The notes under the pieces were generated by a model that ran no database searches, was not told the DNA's origin, and worked only from the letters and a program-made list of their open reading frames with translations. Position numbers and translations under genes: made by a program. From Planctomycetota bacterium (GTDB taxonomy: Bacteria; Planctomycetota; UBA11346), in the NCBI GenBank assembly GCA_013821615.1, contig JACDGQ010000001.1:1-39448 (forward strand): DNA of 39,448 bases, written 5' to 3'. Position 1 is the first letter of the stretch. Every line of letters begins with the position of its first letter. This document shows positions 1-7,935 of this stretch, in pieces.

Positions 1-2863
1 GGACAGAGTCCCCCAAGTCTCCGCCCGAAGGTCGCCCGACCACTTGCACCAAAACCAGCACGCGACATCCTCCAACATCCGGCAAGAATTTCTGGAACTT
101 TCCGGCAAGAATTTCTGGAATCCACACCTCCAAATCGCGCTCCCATCCCTGTCGGCCAATGACAGTCAAACCTAGCTCTTCTGGGAGAAGTCGGCCATCG
201 AGGACGCACCAATCCTTATGTAGAGATCCCCCAGAGCCACGAACGCCCTGAATGCCATGATTTCGCTGGGGACGGATTCGCCACGGCAGAGGCGACCCCG
301 CGTTATTTGGTGGCTCGCCTGCTGATTCCGCATCCATCCTTTGGGAGAAATCAGTTAAATCTTCCTGCTGATGAGCGGCGCGCCATTCAGCATAAAGATG
401 CTGATATTGACGATGATGCCTACGACGCATGCGGGGAATACCGGCATATGCTAGTGTGACGTCTATTCGCACTCGAACACCAGAGCGCCGAAGAATGGCA
501 GGTACGGGTACCGCATAGACATGAACCTGATCGACCCCCACTGCAATGCCAGGAGCCGAAACCATGGTCACGCGATGCTCATCGTTGGCGATGGCGCGGC
601 TCTGATCTGGGATCCCATAACCAAGTAGGCGAATGGCTTCGGCATGACGCATCGCGTCGTTCTCTGCCCAAGCCGGCCACCTCGCACTACTAGCGATGAG
701 TGCCCTGATTGTTTGTGCAGTGAGGCTAGGATTGCTGGCCTCGATTGCGGCTGCGATCCCGGCTACTTGTGGGGCCGCGAAGCTGCTACCACTCATGCTG
801 CGGCTGACAGCGGCACGCCCATATAACGTGCTATGAGGCAAAAGTGGGCCAAGAGGATGATTGTGTCCTACGTTATTGGATGCGTCAGAAGCAAAATCAC
901 CGCCAAATGCAACGACATCAGGCTTAACCTCATCAAACCACCCAGGGCCACTACGGGCGAACGCCGAAGGCAAGTTGGGTCCAGCAATATGTTGCCATGG
1001 GGGGGACTGCCATTCTCGATAGGAAAGGGACCCAACCACCAATGCGTGCATAGCGCCTGCAGGGGAGGCGAGCCTGTGCGCATTCTGGATAAGATAGGCT
1101 GGGTAGGTGTGACCTGCGGCAAGAAGCTGTTGGATGTGCCCCGGTGGAAGATTGCCGGTGGGAACGACCATGAGCACATCCTCAGTGGCACTGAGCAGGT
1201 CAATCATGGCAGCCCAGGGATCCATGTGCCCTTGGGGGTCGAATGGCGAATCAGCACTTATCGACTGATTAAAGATGCGTGCCCCGAAACGCCGCCCGTA
1301 ATGAACGGTCGCCCAGGTTGCCACGGTGGAACAGAGCCCCGGATGAAGGTAGCCGTCATCGCTGAGGACGCGCAAGTTGAGTAACCAGCAAGGGTGGCGG
1401 CCATCTGGTTGAGCCAGGCAGTGATCGGGATGAGGATACAGAACTGCGCCGGCTACCAGGGTTCCGTGACCAGACGGCTGCACTCGATCAGCAACATCGG
1501 CATCGCCTGGCAAAAAGCTGCGGCTGACGGTGGTCAGCACAGCATCCTTTATCAGGGGGTGGTCTTCTTGAATGCCGCTGTCGATAATTCCCACGGTAGG
1601 AGCATCTTCGTGCGGTGGACCGGGAATAGGATCTGGTAGCGCCTCCGATCCGACACCGTCTCCGGCGTCGCAAATCAGAGGCGGGACTTCCTCAACGTAA
1701 ACGAGGTGAGGGTATGCTTTTAATAAGGCTTCAATTCCTTGTTTTGATAAAATTACGACGCAGCAGATTTCTTGGGGCGGTTCTGGTTCTGAGACATCAG
1801 GTTCTGTGAAATCCCAAGCATCGTAGTCATGACGAATCCCCGCCACCCGCAGTTGCCGTTGGACCTCATTGCTCGCTCGCAGGACAATCTCATCGCGCTG
1901 CTCCATTGCTTGCCGCTGCAATTCGCGCTCGCGCGCGCGACCCGCTTCAGACCGTGGCGGATTTCCTCCTGGAAACGGAGGGAGATCGGGCAGGGGAAAA
2001 CGAATCTTCCAACGACGAGGCTGATTGCCGTGCGCACTTGACGCCGATATTTTATATGCTGCAGGTAACTCTTTGGCCAACAGGTCAGCAGTAGCCGGAG
2101 GCAGTTGGGTTTCTATCTCTGCCCAATCATTTAAGAAGGGATGATCTGGTTCGTGCAGAAATCTGCCCTGGTTGCTGGAGACGAACGCCATCAACTGCTG
2201 AATGCGTTCTCGCGCAATGGCGCGCCATTGCTGAATACGTTTTTTTCGCCGACCAGCGCGGCGATATCCATGGGAATCTTGGCCTTCATCGTGTGCCTCG
2301 ATATCGCCACCACGAATTCCGGACGTTCCAATCACAATGGTAATAGAGATTTCATCAGCTTGGCCAACCTGATTTAATCGATCGGTCAAGCCAGCACCGC
2401 ACATCAGAGTTCGCCGTTGGCGTTCGTCTGCTTCGATGATCTCCCAAACCGAGGCCATTTTCTTGACGTCGCCCCGGCCAAGTGCGTCTATCTTAGCGAG
2501 TAATTCTTGAAGATTGGTGTCTTGTGAAAATGAAATGATCAACCCGTCATCAAGTTCCGCGAGAAGTTCGATTCCCTCGGCCTCCCACTTGCTGTCATCG
2601 ATGGCAGCGGGGTCGACGCGCAGAAAGAACGGTATGCCCGTGGGTAAATCTGGATAATTTTGCGAATTGACCTGTTGCCTGCCAAGCGCTCTCTGAACTC
2701 CATTCCGCAATCCCAGCGAATGTTGGTTCATGGCGGTCGGACTGGCCAAAATAGCTTTGGTTAGATCACCTGCTGGGGGACCGGGTAATCCTCTCTTTTT
2801 TTTTCGCCGTTTCCCCTGCTGTACCTGAACTAAGGGTAAATGAGGATGCGTAGAAGCTGGCAT
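1..2863 (-). CDS. Subtilisin-like S8 serine peptidase with a ~420-aa N-terminal region of unknown function (IetS-like). The 3' end runs off the left edge of the window.
   Basis: The ORF is not in the supplied track because it has no stop codon inside the window. Hand translation of the minus strand from ATG 2863 is open for 954 codons. The catalytic motifs are in frame with that ATG: TVGIIDSGI (Asp; its GTG codon starts at 1594, and 2863-1594 is divisible by 3), QPSGHGTLVAG (His) and SMSGSSFAAPQVAG (Ser; its ATG codon is at 796, also in frame). No listed minus-strand ORF in 1-2870 shares this frame. The gene starts 10 nt after the AAA+ gene stop. Confidence 0.8.
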   Translation of the reverse strand, partial: MPASTHPHLPLVQVQQGKRRKKKRGLPGPPAGDLTKAILASPTAMNQHSLGLRNGVQRALGRQQVNSQNYPDLPTGIPFFLRVDPAAIDDSKWEAEGIELLAELDDGLIISFSQDTNLQELLAKIDALGRGDVKKMASVWEIIEADERQRRTLMCGAGLTDRLNQVGQADEISITIVIGTSGIRGGDIEAHDEGQDSHGYRRAGRRKKRIQQWRAIARERIQQLMAFVSSNQGRFLHEPDHPFLNDWAEIETQLPPATADLLAKELPAAYKISASSAHGNQPRRWKIRFPLPDLPPFPGGNPPRSEAGRARERELQRQAMEQRDEIVLRASNEVQRQLRVAGIRHDYDAWDFTEPDVSEPEPPQEICCVVILSKQGIEALLKAYPHLVYVEEVPPLICDAGDGVGSEALPDPIPGPPHEDAPTVGIIDSGIQEDHPLIKDAVLTTVSRSFLPGDADVADRVQPSGHGTLVAGAVLYPHPDHCLAQPDGRHPCWLLNLRVLSDDGYLHPGLCSTVATWATVHYGRRFGARIFNQSISADSPFDPQGHMDPWAAMIDLLSATEDVLMVVPTGNLPPGHIQQLLAAGHTYPAYLIQNAHRLASPAGAMHALVVGSLSYREWQSPPWQHIAGPNLPSAFARSGPGWFDEVKPDVVAFGGDFASDASNNVGHNHPLGPLLPHSTLYGRAAVSRSMSGSSFAAPQVAGIAAAIEASNPSLTAQTIRALIASSARWPAWAENDAMRHAEAIRLLGYGIPDQSRAIANDEHRVTMVSAPGIAVGVDQVHVYAVPVPAILRRSGVRVRIDVTLAYAGIPRMRRRHHRQYQHLYAEWRAAHQQEDLTDFSQRMDAESAGEPPNNAGSPLPWRIRPQRNHGIQGVRGSGGSLHKDWCVLDGRLLPEELGLTVIGRQGWERDLEVWIPEILAGKFQKFLPDVGGCRVLVLVQVVGRPSGGDLGDSV

Positions 2864-2872
2864 GTAGGTATT

Positions 2873-3904
2873 TCAGCTATTCATCGCTATCCCATCCTTG
2901 GGCACATGTGCTATCGCACTTTCAATGTGCTTAAGGGACAGGGCTTTAATGTTACCTTCTAGCACAAAATCCTTCGCTGATTCTTCGGCAACGCGGACGA
3001 CACGCGCAGCAGACGAATGTTCGAGTGACTTTGAAATCTTCTTGAATGGAAACCCGGTTTTCAGTGGTAGATTGGAAAGGTGGAGGCGAAGCAACTGTTC
3101 GATCTCATTCAGGCCGGGCTTGGGAATCTCAATAATATCGTCAAAGCGACGGAAAATTGCGTGATCAAGACGGCTGTAAAGATTCGTCGTGGCTACAAGG
3201 AGGCCAGGGCCATCAAAACTCTCCACGAGATCGAGCAATGCATTGACCGTTCTGGCCATTTCACCAACATCCTGCCTATCGCCCGTGCGAGAGCTAGCGA
3301 TGGTATCGCATTCATCTAGGAGCAGCAGGCGCGATCCAGTCCGGCAGGCGTCGAAAATCTTGCGAAGATTGGTCGCCGTTTCTCCTAGATAGCTCGACAC
3401 AACTGCGTCAAAATGCACTTTATAGAGTTGAAGGCCAAGATTGTGCGCAAGTCGCTCCGCTCCGAGCGTTTTCCCGCATCCAGGTGGCCCGTGGAGGAGA
3501 ATTCGACGACGTGGACGAAGGCCAAATTTCGCTAATTCATCGCGGCGCGTGTATTCGGTTTCGATACGTCGGAATTGGGCATCGACTGACGATGGCAGTA
3601 CCATGGCGCTGCGCAGATTCTCTGGGTGCGCTAGCACACCGAGGAACGCACCATCCCTCGATGCTACTGGACTGCCACCAGGGCCGGAACTCACATTGGG
3701 AAGAGGTTTCAGCACCTCCGGGGCACCTACCCGTCGATCGGGGGCATCTAAGCCTTTCTCCATAATCGTTTTGAGCTCGCGCGCCACCTGAGCGTGACCG
3801 AGGCGTTCCTCATCGACCACGATGTCCTCGGCCAGACGCCGAAGATCGGGCTGGGGACTATCTGCGAGCTGGCGGATGAGGCGTCGGAGCAGGTTAACCC
3901 GCAT
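2873..3904 (-). CDS. AAA+ ATPase of the classical AAA/FtsH-Cdc48 type (IetA-like)
   Basis: Walker A is LLHGPPGCGKT and Walker B is LLLLDECD. The second region of homology reads ATTNLYSRLDHAIFRRFD. The track ORF starts at TTG 3946. The first ATG is at 3904 (MRVNLLRR...) with AGGA upstream, so I prefer 3904. Confidence 0.85.
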   Translation of the reverse strand: MRVNLLRRLIRQLADSPQPDLRRLAEDIVVDEERLGHAQVARELKTIMEKGLDAPDRRVGAPEVLKPLPNVSSGPGGSPVASRDGAFLGVLAHPENLRSAMVLPSSVDAQFRRIETEYTRRDELAKFGLRPRRRILLHGPPGCGKTLGAERLAHNLGLQLYKVHFDAVVSSYLGETATNLRKIFDACRTGSRLLLLDECDTIASSRTGDRQDVGEMARTVNALLDLVESFDGPGLLVATTNLYSRLDHAIFRRFDDIIEIPKPGLNEIEQLLRLHLSNLPLKTGFPFKKISKSLEHSSAARVVRVAEESAKDFVLEGNIKALSLKHIESAIAHVPKDGIAMNS

Positions 3905-4006
3905 GGGAGGAGCGTCCTGGACTTGGAAGCCGAGGCAATTGAACAATTGCGCTAGGCGATGGTAGGGGCCGCCACACTTGAGGAAGCAGCAAGGACTTGC
4001 GGATGG

Positions 4007-4408
4007 TCAGGATGGACAGTCTAGCGTGTAGACCCACGCCGTGCCGCTGTTCGGGGCGCTCATCACCACGAGGCACCACGACGGATCACCCGGCTGCGGA
4101 TTGTAGGCCCACTGCAACGTCGCCGATCCCGACACTAGTCCGCCGGTCGAGGCGACCAGGACACCCTTGTAGAAGCAGTCGAGCCGGTCCGGGATCGAGT
4201 ACATGTCATAGGTGATCCGCACAAGGCCGGCGGTGGGGCCGAGGCCGTGGCGGGTCTTGGTGGTGCCCTGACCGCCGCTGGCGGTGGCCTGGCCGCAGGG
4301 TTGCGGCGGGCGCTCGTCGAGCGGGCAGACGTTGCACTCCGTGACCGTCAGGCCCGAACAGGCCGAGGGTTTCAGGTCAGGACAGGTGGTGGCGGCGAGG
4401 CACTTCAC
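4007..4408 (-). CDS. Small Cys-rich hypothetical protein (133 aa from GTG 4408)
   Basis: GTG 4408 overlaps the TGA of the upstream glycosyltransferase gene (a GTGA overlap). The N-terminal third carries 7 Cys (CLAATTCPDLKPSACSGLTVTECNVCPLDERPPQPC). The rest is beta-rich (ITYDMYSIPDRLDCFYKGVLVASTGG...). I recognised no family. This is the last gene before the composition drop. Confidence 0.5.
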   Translation of the reverse strand: MKCLAATTCPDLKPSACSGLTVTECNVCPLDERPPQPCGQATASGGQGTTKTRHGLGPTAGLVRITYDMYSIPDRLDCFYKGVLVASTGGLVSGSATLQWAYNPQPGDPSWCLVVMSAPNSGTAWVYTLDCPS

Positions 4409-5517
4409 CAGCGGCCTCCGGGGCAGCGCGCCACCGGCGATCGAATGCGCTCGGCGATGACGAAACCGCACCCGCAGAGAGCGCACTGGTCGTTGCCGGG
4501 ACGGTAGCGGTCACAGGTCAAGCAGGAGGCTCGGCGGCGATCGATCTCCTCCGCTGTCGGTGGAGTTGGCCGATCGTCCAGCGGCGCCGTGTCGATTAGG
4601 TCGTTGCCCGTCTCGCGCATGACCAGCGACCGATCTGGCTCACGCAGGACAATGGTCTCGGGCTTCGTCCATCCAGGGATCGACGAGACCGAGCGGCCTT
4701 TCCAGGCGTCGATGGAACCGGGCACCACGCGCATGCGCGTGAGCATCTCCTCAATGGCGGCGATGGTTTCAGGGATGCCGCCCCAGACCGGCAGGCAGAG
4801 GCGCTGGTTCCAGCGGTGCATGTCGGCGAAGCGCATGGTTACCGGCATGCCGTCGCGCAGCACCAGGGAGCGACGCTCGTCACCGCGCTGCGGATAGAGC
4901 ACGAGTTGTGGCGTGTCCACCAGCGAGGCGAGATGCCCAATGCCGGAGTCGAGGGTCACTACCACACGTGCTCCGCGTAGCAAACGCAGCGTGCCCGTCA
5001 CCGCGTCGCCGATCGCATCGAGATCCCACGCACGCACGTCGGCAGAAACGTCGACGCTTTCGGCCCGCGATCCGGCAAGGCCGACCGTCCAACCGCGCGC
5101 TTGGATTTCGGCAGCCAGCGCGGCCCACGGCCAGCCATTCTTGGCGTCGGCGTAGGGCTTCGCGCGCGGAGCGAGGACGACGTCCACCGGATACGGCTCT
5201 GGCAGAGCGATGGCCGGCTTGGGATAGGACTCACCGTTCGGCTCCCACGCGCGGAGGTTAGCGCGTGGCCAGTGTTCCTGCGCGATGTGGCGCAGATCCT
5301 CGATGAGGACGTCCGGGCGGATGCCGTAGTCGTAGCCATCGGGATACCGGCTCATCACCGGAGCCCACAGGCGAGAGTCGGGCACGGCCGGGTACAGTGC
5401 GGCGTGCGCGGGATTCCCGCCGATGATGTCGCCGGGCTGGTAATGCACCCAGATCCACGGCAGCACATCGCGGACGAGATCGCCGAAATGACCGAACCAG
5501 GGCAGGAAGACCGTCAT
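4405..5517 (-). CDS. GT9 (heptosyltransferase-like) glycosyltransferase with a C-terminal Cys-cluster extension
   Basis: The segment VVVTLDSGIGHLASLVDTPQLVLYP and the preceding VVLAPRAKPYADAKNGWPW...GWTVGLAGS fit the GT9 ADP-heptose transferase pattern. The C-terminus reads CLTCDRYRPGNDQCALCGCG...RCPGGRW. I prefer ATG 5517 (MTVFLPWFG) because it forms an ATGA overlap with the upstream stop at 5514. Confidence 0.65.
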   Translation of the reverse strand: MTVFLPWFGHFGDLVRDVLPWIWVHYQPGDIIGGNPAHAALYPAVPDSRLWAPVMSRYPDGYDYGIRPDVLIEDLRHIAQEHWPRANLRAWEPNGESYPKPAIALPEPYPVDVVLAPRAKPYADAKNGWPWAALAAEIQARGWTVGLAGSRAESVDVSADVRAWDLDAIGDAVTGTLRLLRGARVVVTLDSGIGHLASLVDTPQLVLYPQRGDERRSLVLRDGMPVTMRFADMHRWNQRLCLPVWGGIPETIAAIEEMLTRMRVVPGSIDAWKGRSVSSIPGWTKPETIVLREPDRSLVMRETGNDLIDTAPLDDRPTPPTAEEIDRRRASCLTCDRYRPGNDQCALCGCGFVIAERIRSPVARCPGGRW

Positions 5518-6632
5518 GCGAGATACCCTCCTTCGGTTTTGCAGGCGCCCCACGTCGAGACGCTCTCCACCGTCCCATCGCTGGAGTAGCCGGCGACACT
5601 GACATTCGTGACGCGACCCTTGGGAGTGACGGTGAGCGTGAGGTCCACGCCACAGTTCGTCGTGCCGCTGGAAAAGAGCCCGGCGCGTGGAGAGATGGTG
5701 ACCGTACCGCCGCCTGCTGCTGGTGTGGTGACCGTGCCATTGGTCGTGCCGTTCGAGAGCTGACCGGCGCCGAGGTACGCCGCATTGGCAGTGCTGACCT
5801 GGATGGTGTCGCCGTAGAACAGCCGAACTCCCGTGCGCCCACCGCAGACATCCGCGGTCAGTTCATTCGAGGTCTGCCGGATGAGCGCCCCGCGCGTCGC
5901 CCAGAGCCAGGACGAGCCATCGAAGGCGAGGTTCAGATGCGCCGTGAACACGCCGACGTATTTGTTGCGGTAGGTCCAGTTCACCTGGGTCTGTGGACGG
6001 GAGAACTCCAGTGTGCTGCTGATGGTGAGCGCCGCGCCGAACTCGGGCTGGTTGGCCGCGAGCCAGGTGTTGAGGGCGCCGAGACTGCCGGCGAAGCCCG
6101 ATACGCCGGAGAGGTAATCCTGCTCATAGGTGGAGTCGGCGCCGTACTTGATCCGCTTGCGGATGGCGAGAGTCGACCGGTCCCACGACAGCGCCGCTGG
6201 CACGCGTCCGGTCCAGCCCACTCGTTGATCGCGCAGCGTGCGGACGCGCACCTTGTTGAGCACCGCACCGAGGCCAGGCAGCGTGGTCATGAGATCCGCG
6301 CCGCCGCGCTGGAGCTTAGCCTGGTTGTAGGTCGTGCTGCCGCTGACGAGGATCTCGTACTCGTCAGCGCGGTCACCGCCGGAGCGCCACGCACGCAGGC
6401 GCACGCCGGGGCGAGTGACGCCGAAGCGTGTGAGTGCGAGCGAGGCCACCTCGGCAAAGAACTCCACGTTGCCGAACTCGAACGGCATGGCAGTGGAGTT
6501 GGCGACATCGATCCACACCAGGTCGGTCCAATGGGCGGTCTCGTCGTCGTAGACCTGCCCAACGGAATTGTCGGCGGTGTCGAGCACCATCGCCACCCGC
6601 ACGCGCACGATCTGATTGAGGACCAGGGCCAT
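5514..6632 (-). CDS. Hypothetical tail or host-recognition module protein (372 aa)
   Basis: The ORF is translationally packed within the tail-fibre region. Its C-terminus is rich in Gly, Thr and Ser. I recognised no family. Confidence 0.5.
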   Translation of the reverse strand: MALVLNQIVRVRVAMVLDTADNSVGQVYDDETAHWTDLVWIDVANSTAMPFEFGNVEFFAEVASLALTRFGVTRPGVRLRAWRSGGDRADEYEILVSGSTTYNQAKLQRGGADLMTTLPGLGAVLNKVRVRTLRDQRVGWTGRVPAALSWDRSTLAIRKRIKYGADSTYEQDYLSGVSGFAGSLGALNTWLAANQPEFGAALTISSTLEFSRPQTQVNWTYRNKYVGVFTAHLNLAFDGSSWLWATRGALIRQTSNELTADVCGGRTGVRLFYGDTIQVSTANAAYLGAGQLSNGTTNGTVTTPAAGGGTVTISPRAGLFSSGTTNCGVDLTLTVTPKGRVTNVSVAGYSSDGTVESVSTWGACKTEGGYLA

Positions 6633-6641
6633 GCGGTGCTC

Positions 6642-7931
6642 CTACAGCCGCGCAAATTTGTCGTGCCAGCCGGCACCGAGGTTGCCGACCGAGACGTTGC
6701 GGGTGATGCGGGCTTCGCAGGTGGTGATCTTGCCGGTGGCCGAGACGGTGATCTGGACCGTGAGCGCGGCTTCGCCGGAGAACAGATTCCGGGTGACGGT
6801 GGTCGTGGTGCCAAAGGCAATGGTCGTCGCTGAGACGTCCCCAGCCGGCTTGGTCTGGGTGATGCTGCCCCACTCGGTGTAGTAACCGGGGACGAAGTTC
6901 CCGTAGATGATGTACCGACCGCCGGAAGCGGTGCGGTTCATGATCACCTGCTGGATGGCCACCACCGCCTGCCAGGCATCGCCGATGGGTGTGAGGAAGA
7001 CCTGGGCATAGGCTGTCTGCTCGATGGATTTCCAGCACGCTTGGCCATAGACCCGGCAGGGATAGATCGGTCCGGGCTGGTTGTAATCCGGGTCGAGATA
7101 GGTCGCCGGGTTCTGCATGAACCACATCGTGTAGCCCAAGGCCCCGTAGACTTCGCAGCCGTACTCGGCGGTTGCGGCTGTGAATTCGAGCTTGAGCGCG
7201 GCGGCGTTTTCGCTGAACCCCAGGGCTAGCGGCTTGAGCTTCAAGAAGAAGCCGAGGTTCTGGCTGGTGCTGCCGGCGGTGAGCACTTGGCCCACCGCTC
7301 CACGGAAGCCGTAGCGACCGACCCAACACGGCACCCGCAAGGGAAGCGGTGCCGCCGCGCTGCCATCCTCCGCGAGCAGCGGACTGTCCACGGTGGCTTT
7401 GGTCGCGTTCCCCGGCGCCTGGATGGTGACATCCGTCAGCGTGCTCAGGCTGTTCCCGCCGTTGGCGGTGAGCCCGGTCACCGCTAGCACCGGCCGATCA
7501 GTACCACCGCGCGTCTGCTGCCCAAGGTAGGCGTTCACCGACCGCGAGGCGAGGTTGCAGTTCCAGGCAGCGAACCCGCTCGCCGTGCTGTGCCGCCAAT
7601 CGAACCACCACCAGGTGGTGAAGACGCGGCCGACCTGCGGCGGGTTGTTCTGCGCCGATTGGACGATCGAGCGGTCGTCCGGGTTTTCCGGATCGCCGGT
7701 GCAGGAGATGCCGACCACATGCGATGGGCTGAGGTCGTACTCGTAGTGCAGCGGCGTGCCGACCGAATCACCGAACGGTTGACGGATCGCGCGGTCGGAG
7801 ATGCCCACCGTCCAGAAGCGGAAAGCTGCGGCGTTGGCCTGCTGTGGAAAATCTCCGGCCCGCAGTCCAAGGGGACGGGGTATGGTCGAACCCAAACCAA
7901 GGTCGAGGAATTGCGGCGTGGCGTCGGTCAT
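6642..7931 (-). CDS. Hypothetical tail or baseplate-region protein (429 aa)
   Basis: The ORF starts 5 nt after the tail-fibre gene stop. It has sensible composition, unlike the overlapping frames. I recognised no family. Confidence 0.5.
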   Translation of the reverse strand: MTDATPQFLDLGLGSTIPRPLGLRAGDFPQQANAAAFRFWTVGISDRAIRQPFGDSVGTPLHYEYDLSPSHVVGISCTGDPENPDDRSIVQSAQNNPPQVGRVFTTWWWFDWRHSTASGFAAWNCNLASRSVNAYLGQQTRGGTDRPVLAVTGLTANGGNSLSTLTDVTIQAPGNATKATVDSPLLAEDGSAAAPLPLRVPCWVGRYGFRGAVGQVLTAGSTSQNLGFFLKLKPLALGFSENAAALKLEFTAATAEYGCEVYGALGYTMWFMQNPATYLDPDYNQPGPIYPCRVYGQACWKSIEQTAYAQVFLTPIGDAWQAVVAIQQVIMNRTASGGRYIIYGNFVPGYYTEWGSITQTKPAGDVSATTIAFGTTTTVTRNLFSGEAALTVQITVSATGKITTCEARITRNVSVGNLGAGWHDKFARL

Positions 7932-7935
7932 CGCA

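Noticed and set aside
3940-3965. Gapped similarity between TTGAACAATTGCGCTAGGCGATG at the left junction and TTGAACCGCAATGTTAGCGACG (35471-35492) near the integrase 3' end, considered as possible att remnants
   Set aside because: Only about 17 matches are obtained and several gaps are needed. The similarity is direct, whereas serine-recombinase attL/attR relationships would be expected mainly as inverted half-site similarity. I cannot distinguish it from chance without an empty-site comparison.
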